A stretch of 63,877 nt of DNA, counting the filler, from Octopus bimaculoides (Eukaryota): NCBI RefSeq assembly GCF_001194135.2. It is 5 parts of 5 records of this genome, joined end to end, with 100 filler letters (N's around TTAATTAATTAA, not from the genome) between each part and the next. Parts side by side here need not be neighbours in the genome. Positions count along the whole stretch, not along the records: positions 39,154 to 61,114 come from NC_068981.1; positions 61,215 to 62,736 come from NW_026311132.1; positions 62,837 to 63,877 come from NC_069005.1; 2 more parts are not named here. One strand, given 5' to 3'. Under the pieces are notes generated by a model. It made no database searches and was not told the DNA's origin. It saw only the letters and a program-made list of their open reading frames with translations. Each line of letters opens with the position of its first letter. Positions within the stretch are counted from its first letter, which is position 1. Below, in pieces: positions 51,503 to 63,877 of this stretch. A program made the translations under genes and the position numbers.

Positions 51503-52039
51503 TTACCACCACCAAAACTATGACCACTACCANNNNNNNNNNNNNNNNNNNNNNNNNNNNNNNNNNNNNNNNNNNNNNNNNNNNNNNNNNNNNNNNNNNN
51601 NNNNNNNNNNNNNNNNNNNNNNNNNNNNNNNNNNNNNNNNNNNNNNNNNNNNTACTACTACCAATAATAATAATAATAATAATAATAATACAGTAACCAT
51701 AAGAGCATCACAGCAAACCACAGCACATACCCAAGGCGCACAGAGCTGCGCTCGGTAGTGAAGTGAAAGCACACTATAAAAATAAAACTACTGAACATTA
51801 ATAATAATAATAATAATAATCCTTTCTACTATAGGTACAAGGGCTGAAATTTTGGGGGAGTGGGTAGTCGATTACATTGACTCCAGTGTTTCACTGGTAC
51901 TTAGTTTATTAACCCCGAATGGATGACAGTCAAAGTCGACCTCGGTGGGTATTTGAGCACAACTCAGAACGTAAAGGACAGGTGGAATGTCGCTAAACAT
52001 TTTGCTCGGCATGCTAACGATTCTGCCAGCTCGCCGCCT

Positions 52040-52105
<66 letters not shown>

Positions 52106-52109
<4 letters not shown>

Positions 52110-52540
52110 TGAGATATGGTAGAGTTCTTAAAATAAAAAGGAAGATGATGCTTACGTTTTCGAACACCGAGGGAGAAGAAAAAAACAAACAAACTATGCT
52201 GGATCATAGATATAGTCTGTCCAGCTGGCAACAAGGTATGCGATAAGGAAGAAAGAAGAGTCGAGAGATATGACAGGTTAGTTAGCTTGGGAAGTTAAGC
52301 AGTTGTGATCGATGAAAAAGGTAGCAGCCCTGGGAACAGTGAGCAAAAATCTCGAGAAGTACATGGAACAAATAGGGGCTGCTATAAAGGTGGAGCACTT
52401 GCAGAAAACAGTACTGCTTGAAACCGCTCGAATACTCCGGAAGGTGTTCGAAAAATAAGAGGTGTTACCTTAGTTCACTTTTAGTGAACAGCTTACACCG
52501 TAGTACATCTCCAGCGTTAGAAGCTGTGCAAAAGGCAATG
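52106..52540 (+). mobile_element. 3' end of a Dong/R4-like element within an (AAT)n array
   Basis: CWIIDIVCPA..KVCDKEER..RYDRL..ALGTVSKNLEKYMEQIGAAIKVEHLQKTVLLETARILRKVFEK*, then a short UTR and (TAA)n tail. (AAT)n upstream at 52041-52105. Confidence 0.85.
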
Positions 52541-52604
<64 letters not shown>

Positions 52605-53671
52605 NNNNNNNNNNNNNNNNNNNNNNNNNNNNNNNNNNNNNNNNNNNNNNNNNNNNNNNNNNNNNNNNNNNNNNNNNNNNNNNNNNNNNNNNNNNNNNNN
52701 NNNNNNNNNNNNNNNNNNNNNNNNNNNNNNNNNNNNNNNNNNNNNNNNNNNNNNNNNNNNNNNNNNNNNNNNNNNNNNNNNNNNNNNNNNNNNNNNNNNN
52801 NNNNNNNNNNNNNNNNNNNNNNNNNNNNNNNNNNNNNNNNNNNNNNNNNNNNNNNNNNNNNNNNNNNNNNNNNNNNNNNNNNNNNNNNNNNNNNNNNNNN
52901 NNNNNNNNNNNNNNNNNNNNNNNNNNNNNNNNNNNNNNNNNNNNNNNNNNNNNNNNNNNNNNNNNNNNNNNNNNNNNNNNNNNNNNNNNNNNNNNNNNNN
53001 NNNNNNNNNNNNNNNNNNNNNNNNNNNNNNNNNNNNNNNNNNNNNNNNNNNNNNNNNNNNNNNNNNNNNNNNNNNNNNNNNNNNNNNNNNNNNNNNNNNN
53101 NNNNNNNNNNNNNNNNNNNNNNNNNNNNNNNNNNNNNNNNNNNNNNNNNNNNNNNNNNNNNNNNNNNNNNNNNNNNNNNNNNNNNNNNNNNNNNNNNNNN
53201 NNNNNNNNNNNNNNNNNNNNNNNNNNNNNNNNNNNNNNNNNNNNNNNNNNNNNNNNNNNNNNNNNNNNNNNNNNNNNNNNNNNNNNNNNNNNNNNNNNNN
53301 NNNNNNNNNNNNNNNNNNNNNNNNNNNNNNNNNNNNNNNNNNNNNNNNNNNNNNNNNNNNNNNNNNNNNNNNNNNNNNNNNNNNNNNNNNNNNNNNNNNN
53401 NNNNNNNNNNNNNNNNNNNNNNNNNNNNNNNNNNNNNNNNNNNNNNNNNNNNNNNNNNNNNNNNNNNNNNNNNNNNNNNNNNNNNNNNNNNNNNNNNNNN
53501 NNNNNNNNNNNTATGGTTTCTTAAACATTCACTTGAACAAAACTGTACAAATCCAAATATATGGTACCCTAGGCATAACACCTACATGAACTTCTAACTT
53601 GTTGTCTCTTGAGGTCTCTGGGTGAGACTTGGATCCAACTTGTACAAATGCAAAACAAAAGTCAAACATAA

Positions 53672-53728
<57 letters not shown>

Positions 53729-53733
<5 letters not shown>

Positions 53734-54505
53734 GCTCATACAGATGAAATTATGGGCAAGGAAGAGCTTAGCCAAAGAGCTGAGTAGAAGAGGCGAAAAG
53801 AAGACTCCTTGAAATGAGAATGCATGGACAGTTTGAAAGGAATTACACAAGGCGTGAAGGATAATACAGCATCGTGGGCATGGCTTGAGCGCGGTGATTT
53901 GAAGCGTTCCACCGAAAGCCTGATCATTGCTGCACACGACCAGGCTCTCGCTATTCAGTGAAATATAACATCTATAAAACTTCTGACACTCAGAAATGCA
54001 GACTCTGTGGAAAGAGTGTGGAAAATGTGACCCAGTTGGTAAGTGGATGTGAGAGCCTTGCGCAAAAATAATACAAGCGCCGCCACGATGAAGTGTGTGT
54101 GTGTGTGTATCTTCAATGGCTCTTATGCTGTAAATACCAATATGAAGTAACAGAGAACTGGTATGATCATGTACCAAGTAAAGTTACGCAGGAGGATAAA
54201 AAAGTAACGACACTCTGGGACTATGATTTTCCGACGGATCGTGTAATCGAACACCGTCGGCTGGATATTGTCATATTGAATAAGAGAGACAAATGCTGTC
54301 AGATCATTGATATAGCCATATCAAATGACATGAATTTTGTAAGAGGTTGAAAAAATCACCAAGTACTCCGAATTGAAAGTGAAAATGCCAAGACTGTATG
54401 GAATGCGAGTGGGTAATGTAAAAGTGATACCAGTGGTGATAGGAGAGTTGGACTCAATCCTATTGAAACCTCAAAACTTCTTAAGGCAACTGGAAATCCC
54501 GTGCA
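53729..54505 (+). mobile_element. Dong/R4-like element fragment (CCHC knuckle plus RLE) directly after (AAT)n
   Basis: MHGQF, WLERGDLKRSTESLIIAAHDQAL, CRLCGKSVENVTQLVSGC, YKRRHD, TLWDYDFPTDRVIEHRRLDIV, IIDIA, VKVIPVVIG. Confidence 0.88.
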
Positions 54506-54872
54506 AGAGGCTCGTCTTCTAGGCTGTAGTGTCCGGCTCGGAATTTCTGAAACCACCGTTGACACTGGCTTACATTTATTGTCTGATCCCCATATACTGC
54601 ATTAATATTCCTTGCACTTTCCGTTGCGTTGTTGCCTTTATTGAACTCATAAAGCAAAATATGCCGAATATGCTCCTTTGTCACTTCCATTATAGCTTTG
54701 AAAAAATAACTTAAAATCGAACTGCAATCTTTAAAACTTGCATTAAGAATAAGAACAGGGTAAAATTACTGCCTGCTTTTATAGCAAGTTGATGCAGGTA
54801 GTTTATCCCATCCCCCTCCGACTTTTAGTTCATGCAACTGAAAAAACCGCATCGTTTATGGGATGACCCAAA
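54506..54872 (-). mobile_element. Mariner 5' fragment (TIR plus transposase HTH)
   Basis: MEVTKEHIRHILLYEFNKGNNATESARNINAVYGDQTINVSQCQRWFQKFRAGHYSLEDEP; TIR-like TTGGGTCATCCCATAAACGATGCGG at ~54847-54872. Confidence 0.85.
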
Positions 54873-55022
54873 GCTTACATACATACAAACACACACACGC
54901 ATATTATACATGCACGCACATGCTTGTATATATAGTCACTCACACAGTCTCACAGATACGCACACACACATACACACACACACACACACACGCACACACA
55001 CACACACACACATATATATATG

Positions 55023-55053
<31 letters not shown>

Positions 55054-55916
55054 ATATATATATANNNNNNNNNNNNNNNNNNNNNNNNNNNNNNNNNNNN
55101 NNNNNNNNNNNNNNNNNNNNNNNNNNNNNNNNNNNNNNNNNNNNNNNNNNNNNNNNNNNNNNNNNNNNNNNNNNNNNNNNNNNNNNNNNNNNNNNNNNNN
55201 NNNNNNNNNNNNNNNNNNNNNNNNNNNNNNNNNNNNNNNNNNNNNNNNNNNNNNNNNNNNNNNNNNNNNNNNNNNNNNNNNNNNNNNNNNNNNNNNNNNN
55301 NNNNNNNNNNNNNNNNNNNNNNNNNNNNNNNNNNNNNNNNNNNNNNNNNNNNNNNNNNNNNNNNNNNNNNNNNNNNNNNNNNNNNNNNNNNNNNNNNNNN
55401 NNNNNNNNNNNNNNNNNNNNNNNNNNNNNNNNNNNNNNNNNNNNNNNNNNNNNNNNNNNNNNNNNNNNNNNNNNNNNNNNNNNNNNNNNNNNNNNNNNNN
55501 NNNNNNNNNNNNNNNNNNNNNNNNNNNNNNNNNNNNNNNNNNNNNNNNNNNNNNNNNNNNNNNNNNNNNNNNNNNNNNNNNNNNNNNNNNNNNNNNNNNN
55601 NNNNNNNNNNNNNNNNNNNNNNNNNNNNNNNNNNNNNNNNNNNNNNNNNNNNNNNNNNNNNNNNNNNNNNNNNNNNNNNNNNNNNNNNNNNNNNNNNNNN
55701 NNNNNNNNNNNNNNNNNNNNNNNNNNNNNNNNNNNNNNNNNNNNNNNNNNNNNNNNNNNNNNNNNNNNNNNNNNNNNNNNNNNNNNNNNNNNNNNNNNNN
55801 NNNNNNNNNNNNNNNNNNNNNNNNNNNNNNNNAATAGGTGAGCAACGAGAGGAAAAGAGAAAGAGAGGAAAAACGAGGGGGAAAAAGAGATACGTAGTAG
55901 TAACAGAGGATATATA

Positions 55917-55968
<52 letters not shown>

Positions 55969-56073
55969 GAGAGAAAGGGAGAGAGAGAGAGAGAGCAAAA
56001 TTTAGTTAGGCAGGCAGACAAGCAGACAAACAGGAAGACAGGCAGGCAAGCAGACAGGCAGATAGGCAGACAA

Positions 56074-56125
<52 letters not shown>

Positions 56126-58014
56126 GGGTGTATGCTTAAACATCTTGTGAGTCAAAGTGTCACGAAATGTATTAAGAAAACTGGAAATTTGAAACTGGGA
56201 AAGGCATTGAGTGAATGCGGAACATCAGAGAATGAATCATTTAGAAGAACTTTAAACTGCAGAAAATACGACTAGCGAAATACAACGCAACTTCATTTCA
56301 CTGAAATGTCTTTGAAATTTTATACTTTGAAAAAAAAAAAAAAAAAAATAGTAATCAAAATTTGACAGTTGAAATATTCAGGTATTAAATTCACTTGTTG
56401 AATTTTGATATACTTGCGGTGTTAATTCAATTACATTTTAAACCTTGAAATATATATCTCTACATAATAATATAAGTATGAGTAATGGTATGTCAGTATG
56501 GAGGTAAAATACCATAGTGGATAAGTTATTTAATCTGGTTGGTCTTGGATCGAATCTTCTGCCGACAATTTAGTTCGTTGTCTTTTTTTTTTTAATGCAT
56601 GTCAGTAATTGATTACATCTGATAGTATATATTCATGTATAATATATAACACTTTGCGAACAATACCGGTTACAGGTTTCCAATATCCAAGGAACACACC
56701 AGGCATTAGTTCTTGAAATAGCCAACGGAGCGTGTCACAAAACAAAGTCTAACACAATGCAAGTAAAGTGCCAATAACAGACTTTTCGAAAAACACCTTT
56801 GTTTTTTGATTTCCTTAACCATGTTTACGTGTTTTGGTGATGTATAGTATAAATGATTGTAATATTGTCAGACAAAAATGTGCTCAGAACAGTAGATGAA
56901 CAAATAACGTCCGAAGACTGTCCGAAGACTGTCGACCAGCCTGACCGCTAGATTTCTATCGGGCAATAGCAAGTGATTATAACGTACGATAACAAATGAT
57001 GTAACCCAGGCAGTTACCTGAGTAGAACGTTCAACTATTGTAGAGCAATAACAGAAACATATTTGAGTAATATATCAAGACCTCAATTTGTGTCTTACGA
57101 TCTACATATACAAGGTGATATCAGTTTGAAAGACAGCTCCAATTACACATTTAAACTATGAAGGCATGCAACGAACAACTAAAAAGTTTTTCGTATACTT
57201 TAAAGTTTTCAGCATGTCTGAACTGTCATCATTTTTTATTGGTGTGGGTCTTCTTGGAAATTTGAAGTTTCATCATGTAATTTTGCTATGAAAATTTTTG
57301 AACATCTAACTGTTGAGCATGTTTTATCGCTGTTAAATTTTTCCTGTTCATTCCCTTCATTTTTATTTTTTTATCTTGAAGAATAAAGCAATTATTGAAA
57401 CTGATAAACTAATAAAAAAATTAAACAAGCACAAAAGTTCATTTAAGATTAACTTTTAGCGTTTAGTGGGTAGCATCTGATAATCTTTGTCTTGCATAAT
57501 CTGGGGAATGCCTGCGGATGAAGATTACAATTCTGAAAAGACGTTGAATGTAGTTTTCAAACTACACCCTCAGAAGTATATATATATATATATATGTATA
57601 TATATGTTTCTGTATACACATGTGTGTGTGTGGTACATTTCCTTGGCTATAAATGTGGTCCACTCCCTATAGTCTAAGTTTTCCTCTCCTTGAGGTAGAT
57701 CCAAATTCTTGTCGATGATGCTTATTGAACACCTATTGTGCAAAAATACCTCACAGCAGCTGTTCTGTCAGCCTCAGACAGTGTGACTATCTTTTCATCG
57801 ACGGCCAATCCTATTTGGAAAACACTTGATTTTTGAAAATATTACTCCTTCGTATTTGGAATTCGTCGCAATTGCCACCAAGCTACTGTCTTATTCTCTC
57901 TGACAGTGAAAATATTTTCAGTAAATGAATATAGTATTCAACATAATCTTATTCTATTCTTCTTTGCTCTTCAGATACATAAAACCTTTTATTCTGAGTT
58001 ATTTCTCTTACTTC

Positions 58015-58077
<63 letters not shown>

Positions 58078-59607
58078 NNNNNNNNNNNNNNNNNNNNNNN
58101 NNNNNNNNNNNNNNNNNNNNNNNNNNNNNNNNNNNNNNNNNNNNNNNNNNNNNNNNNNNNNNNNNNNNNNNNNNNNNNNNNNNNNNNNNNNNNNNNNNNN
58201 NNNNNNNNNNNNNNNNNNNNNNNNNNNNNNNNNNNNNNNNNNNNNNNNNNNNNNNNNNNNNNNNNNNNNNNNNNNNNNNNNNNNNNNNNNNNNNNNNNNN
58301 NNNNNNNNNNNNNNNNNNNNNNNNNNNNNNNNNNNNNNNNNNNNNNNNNNNNNNNNNNNNNNNNNNNNNNNNNNNNNNNNNNNNNNNNNNNNNNNNNNNN
58401 NNNNNNNNNNNNNNNNNNNNNNNNNNNNNNNNNNNNNNNNNNNNNNNNNNNNNNNNNNNNNNNNNNNNNNNNATATATATATATATATATATATATATAC
58501 TTATAGTCGTCGAGCATCCACCCCTAGGTTAGCTCCACGATCCGGACATTGAGTGCAAAGACAAGAGAACATTTGTTCCATTGAAGATAACTTCTAGTCT
58601 TTCCTCTGGTAGTCTCCCACACCTTCTACAAGGTCATAGGCTCCGCTATTCCACCTAAGCCTTACTGAAAAAAAAAAGAAAACATTTCAGTGATCCTAAT
58701 CCTTTGGTGCATATTAGCCAAAGTATTCTTCGTGTCTCAAAAAGATTGGGAGCGATTTGAGTTGTATTTGGCTGCTGTTTGTAGCAAATCAAACAACCGC
58801 ATAGTAGCCTTCCTCGTTGGTTCCGTCGCTGTCGCTGTTGTCGAGGTTAAGCGCCAGTTGTAAGAGTAGTGGGACGAACGAAACAACTGAGATATTTAAA
58901 CTATCACCAGATTTCCTCTTTAAACTGAATTTTGTTTGTTATTTTAAGAAAATGAATGAAGCGAAGAGACTAAAAGAAACAGACAACAAAAATTAAACAC
59001 ACACTCACATATATATATAGAGAGAGAGACACAAATACATAGACATATATCCACAGGAAACAAACATACAGACCTTGAAAATATAAAAGAAACTAACAAG
59101 TAAACAAAACTTACTAACTATAACAGCACCACTAACAACAGAAACAGCAACAAGAACAATAAAAACAACAAATAAAATAAACAACGAGAACAACAAACAC
59201 TAATAAGAAAGACAAGCAGGAGACTGAAACAAGAAAGCAACGACGTTAAATCGACAATTTCTATAGTTTCTGTGGAATAGATTAGATGCAGAGTTGAACG
59301 TTTGGACCGTGTCCTAAATCGGCATTCAAGTATGTTTTTCTCTTTCAATGGAGAGGACGGCCATCTTGTATTATATTTTGCATCTCTTATTCTCATTCAT
59401 GTCGTTCACAATGATGATGTTGTTCATGTCGTCGACGTCGTAGTCATCGTCGTCGTCGTTGTAGTAGATGATATTGTTGTTTTTTGTTGTAGTAGTTCAC
59501 GGTGTTGTTATTGATGTAGATTCTTTAAAATTTTCTTGACTTTTGTTTGTCATTTATTTTTCATTATATTCTGTATATATATATATATGCAAACATACAT
59601 ATATGCA

Positions 59608-59642
<35 letters not shown>

Positions 59643-59969
59643 NNNNNNNNNNNNNNNNNNNNNNNNNNNNNNNNNNNNNNNNNNNNNNNNNNNNNNNNNN
59701 NNNNNNNNNNNNNNNNNNNNNNNNNNNNNNNNNNNNNNNNNNNNNNNNNNNNNNNNNNNNNNNNNNNNNNNNNNNNNNNNNNNNNNNNNNNNNNNNNNNN
59801 NNNNNNNNNNNNNNNNNNNNNNNNNNNNNNNNNNNNNNNNNNNNNNNNNNNNNNNNNNNNNNNNNNNNNNNNNNNNNNNNNNNNNNNNNNNNNNNNNNNN
59901 NNNNNNNNNNNNNNNNNNNNNNNNNNNNNNNNNNNNNNNNNNNNNNNNNNNNNNNNNNNNNNNNNNNNN

Positions 59970-60028
<59 letters not shown>

Positions 60029-60496
60029 ATATATATGTACGTATATGTATTGTATATATATATATATATATACTCATAAATGCACACAGCCACCCACGCA
60101 CACAGCCACCCACGCACACACATATAATGTAATAAATGCATGTGGGTGGAAGTATCTGGATCCATGTGTGTGAGTGCATGCATATTTCTGTTTGATGCTT
60201 TGTTGTTGTCCTTTGGCGTATCTTTGTTTGTGTTTCATTGGCTTTAATGCGTTTGTAAGAATTTTCGCGCACGCGAAAATGTGTGGATGCTTCTGTGTGA
60301 GTGCATGTGTATGCGTATGCGCGAGTGTGTGTGTGTGTGAGTGTGTGTGAGTGTGTGTGGGTGTGAGTGTGTGTTTCTGGTTTCTCTCCATCTAAATGTT
60401 TACATGTAGTTACATGCCTTTTACTTTCTTTTCTCCTCTCATTTTTCATCAGCATAAGTATGATCACTATCAACGTCATTGTTAGGAATTCCTCCT

Positions 60497-60754
60497 CTTC
60501 TTCTTCTTCTTCTTCTTCTTCTTCTTCTTCTTCTTCTTCTTTCTTCTTCTTCTTCTTCTTCTTCTTCTTCTTCTTTTTCTTCTTCTTCTTCTTCTTCTTC
60601 TTTTTCTTCTTTTTCTTCTTTTTCTTCTTCTTCTTCTTCTTCTTTTTCTTCTTCTTCTTCTTCTTTCTTCTTTCTTCTTTCTTCTTTCTTCTTCTTCTTC
60701 TTCTTCTTCTTCTTCCTTCACTACTGATACAACTACTACAATTACTGCTGCTGA

Positions 60755-60788
<34 letters not shown>

Positions 60789-60825
60789 GCTGCTGCTGGT
60801 GCTGCTGCTGCTGTTGCTGCTGCAG

Positions 60826-60873
<48 letters not shown>

Positions 60874-60884
60874 ACTACTACTAA
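60497..60884. repeat. Compound trinucleotide microsatellite: ~220 bp (TTC)n followed by (TAC)n/(CTG)n
   Basis: Directly visible; source of the poly-S/F/L/K/E/R ORFs. Confidence 0.95.
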
Positions 60885-60967
60885 AATAATAATCATAGTA
60901 TTATCATTCTTACATAATAGATATTTTACTACGACAATATATCTAAATGAATGTGTGTGTGTGTATG

Positions 60968-61010
<43 letters not shown>

Positions 61011-61073
61011 TATGCTGTATACTTTTATATCTAAATATATATGTATTCACACACACACAAACACATACATACA

Positions 61074-61109
<36 letters not shown>

Positions 61110-61417
61110 TATATNNNNNNNNNNNNNNNNNNNNNNNNNNNNNNNNNNNNNNNNNNNNTTAATTAATTAANNNNNNNNNNNNNNNNNNNNNNNNNNNNNN
61201 NNNNNNNNNNNNNNCTTGGGAGATGTTAGCCTGAGAATGTTGGCAATTTCACATATTGCAGAATGGTGCATGACTTTATGGTCACCCTGTATAAGCAGTA
61301 TCTTTCTGCAAGATTGAATTCATGGTCATGGTCCAGTTCCATGTGATGTCATTTTAATGTACTGGCACCTCTAAATCCTTGGTGATTAATTAAAATAAAT
61401 CAAATATTTAAACTTAC

Positions 61418-61598
61418 CCTTTGTAAGGATGGCAAGTAATTGCTGCTGCAGATGTTTCATTGCTAATGATTACTCGCTTGTCATCTACATTATCAATACG
61501 TACAACTGTAATCCCACGACGATTAGCCACATATAAATTGCGAAGCATCCAATCCACTGAAATACTATGTAAATATTCGTCGAACACTACCTTTAACT
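61418..61598 (-). CDS. Exon (181 nt, phase 1/2) encoding a YWTD/LDLR class B beta-propeller segment of an LRP- or ROS/Sevenless-type receptor
   Basis: Minus-strand acceptor TTTCCTTTATTTTAG and donor GG|GTAAGT. Open frame LKVVFDEYLHSISVDWMLRNLYVANRRGITVVRIDNVDDKRVIISNETSAAAITCHPYK-G fits the GLAVDWxxRNLY...AIAVDPxxG pattern, with a phase-2 intron inside the Gly codon as is typical of LDLR-family genes. Confidence 0.8.
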
Positions 61599-61939
61599 CT
61601 AAAATAAAGGAAATTCAGAATACCATTTTAAAAAGACTTGAATAAATGTTCCCATTCAATATGATATTATAGTTTAAAGGGGCTTAACAAAGTCCATAGA
61701 TTTTCCAAAGTTATTGTAATATCGTTTCTACTCTAGGCACAAGGCCCAAAATTTTTGGGGAAGGGGCTTGTTGATTAGATCTACCTCAGAATGCAACTGG
61801 TACTTAATCTATCGACCCCGAAAGACAGATACTCAGAATGTACAGACAGACGAAATACCACTAAGCATTTCACCCAGCATGCTACCATTTCTGCCAGCTC
61901 ACTGCCTTAATGTTATTGTAATATATCAGCATCATCATT

Positions 61940-62552
61940 TAATGATTCAGTGTGTAAGAGAGGAGACTCTGCTGGTTCTGTCATGGGATATGGATGGATG
62001 CTGACAGCTCCATAAAGAAGTGCCATTCACTCAAAGTAGATGGAACTCTTGGAAGTGGGAGATCCAAGAAGTACTAAAGGATGATCTCAGAACACTGAAT
62101 CGTTTGGATGAGATGACAATCGACTGAGATAGCTGGCACTTTGCTATAATCAAGAAGACCCCNNNNNNNNNNTCTACACAGCAGAAATGTTAAGGCCACA
62201 CTGTCTGGTGAAGGGGATTAGCCTGGAAGAGTGCTGTGTTGGTGCCGCGTAAAACATGCTTCTGCTGGTGCCACATAATAAGCACTTGTGCTGGTGCCAT
62301 GCACAAGTGCTTGTGTTGGTGGCACGTTAAAAGCACCCAGCACACAAGGTAAAGTGGCTGGTTGNNNNNNNNNNTTGGTGGCACGTTAAAAGCACCCAGC
62401 ACACAAGGTAAAGTGGCTGGTTGTAGAAACCAAGCCAAACCAGACTGGAACAGACTGGTGCAGCTTCCCGTCTTGGTACCTCTAGTCAAACCATCCTACC
62501 CAGGCTAGCATGGAAAGCAGACGTTAAAGAAGGATGATGCTGATGCTGATGA
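61940..62552 (+). mobile_element. Decayed RTE 3' fragment with UTR and tail
   Basis: GVRERRLCW, KKCHSLKVDG, 3' UTR units and GCTAGCATGGAAAGCAGACGTTAAAG..GATGATG. Confidence 0.75.
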
Positions 62553-62872
62553 TGGTGATTTTTCATGCTTGCATAAGTCAGATGAAAATACTTAGCGGTA
62601 GAGAACTTTCTATGGCCAGATACCAGTCCCTACTTGCTTCCAAGCTAGGTAACAATCTGTCAGTCGATTGAAAGACAGACAGCTCGAGAGAAATAAGAGT
62701 TCAGCCACAGAAACACACACACACACACACACACACNNNNNNNNNNNNNNNNNNNNNNNNNNNNNNNNNNNNNNNNNNNNTTAATTAATTAANNNNNNNN
62801 NNNNNNNNNNNNNNNNNNNNNNNNNNNNNNNNNNNNTATATATACAGATCTATTTCCCTATATCTGTACCTA

Positions 62873-62930
<58 letters not shown>

Positions 62931-63877
62931 AGCACACACACACACACACACACACACGCCCCCCCCCATATATATATATATATATATATGCATATGCATG
63001 AATGTATGTGCGTATATGTATGAGTAAATACACTATCAGATAAATAGGCTTTGAATATGTAAATATACGGGTACGTTTATTTGTATATTTGCGTGTATGC
63101 CCATGTTTGTGTGTGTGTGTATTTGCATGTGTCTGTGTGTCTGTCTGTGTGTGTATGTGTAAATAATTCGACTATGAGATACATACATATGTATGTGTAT
63201 GTATATGCACACACACACACATACATACATACATACATATTGAAATGCACATGATCCTAACCGTTACAATTTCCGTTTATCTACGCAAAATTTTCAGTCG
63301 TTGATAATGAAGAATGAATCAATAGATAATCACTGATATGTTTCATTTCTATGTAAATTAAACAAACATTTGTTTGTGTACGCCAGATCTAAACTTATAA
63401 CATAAAGTAAATGTGAAGTATCTACAAATTTCATTTTGGGGCTTTTAAATGTTTCGTCGACTCTGAAACTTATCAGCCACTGGTGTACTCTTTTAGCCAC
63501 GCGATGAAGATGTTTACACCATCATTTTATTTGTGGTGTGGATCATTTGAAAATTGCGTTTTCCAATGCATGAAACCTAAGGTTGTGTACAAATCAGTAG
63601 CATAGCAATTATACATCTTCCAAAGCGGTTTTGATTGCTCGTTCTCAATGATTGCTACTGTAGCATATACATATACAAACATATCTTTATCTTTTACTTG
63701 CTTCAGCCGTTAGACTGGGTACAGCCTTCAAGAATTCTATCTGAACGAATCGCCTGCAGCATTTATTTATTCAAACCTGGTACTTGTGTCGATCTCTTTT
63801 GCCGATACAGGGACGTAAATAGGGCAGACGGAAATGGGAGGTAAAGACAGACACACACACACACACACACACACACA

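Noticed and set aside
59118-59514. ORFs on both strands around 59.1-59.5 kb
   Set aside because: Largely low-complexity (AAC/GTC/GTT) repeats; no splice-bounded frame or recognisable domain.
59536-61170. Long ORFs of poly-K/E/R/S/L/F, YI and HT repeats (and all X-filled ORFs)
   Set aside because: Translations of microsatellites and N gaps.
61215-61305. Possible next exon of the YWTD gene (G-KILLIQGDHKVMHHS.., open to the gap)
   Set aside because: Weak polypyrimidine tract and no propeller motif; the sequence contains a TACAGGGTGACC Tc1-like TIR instead.

Overview
AT-rich, microsatellite-dense animal genomic DNA from a gapped short-read scaffold. The repeat families look like those of octopod cephalopods (inference). 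There is no prokaryotic content and no CRISPR array. Most entries in the ORF track are artefacts of N-runs, microsatellites or decayed transposons. Splice-site-bounded coding exons from three host genes are recognisable: (1) three + strand exons of a USP31/USP43-type deubiquitinase (12612-12731, 14190-14397, 19266-~19763/19801); (2) two small + strand netrin exons, a 30-nt linker microexon (29818-29847) and the start of the NTR/C345C domain (32387-32458), both missed by the ORF track; (3) one - strand YWTD beta-propeller exon of an LDLR/LRP- or ROS/Sevenless-type receptor (61418-61598). The rest is decayed or nested mobile DNA: CR1-like, RTE, Dong/R4-like and Penelope-like retroelements, a Gypsy element with a 3' LTR, mariner, Tc1-like, piggyBac and hAT DNA transposons and MITEs, and two tRNA-type SINE families. 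Four artificial 100-nt TTAATTAATTAA gap spacers mark unsized joins, so long-range gene order is provisional. Best leads: USP31/43-netrin adjacency with a missing netrin 5' half, a ~400-bp hairpin insert bounded by a 15-bp direct repeat, a hAT MITE dimer sharing a single TSD, a 63-bp TIR-only mariner, and a CpG-depletion boundary near 25 kb. No clearly new biological system could be established from sequence alone.
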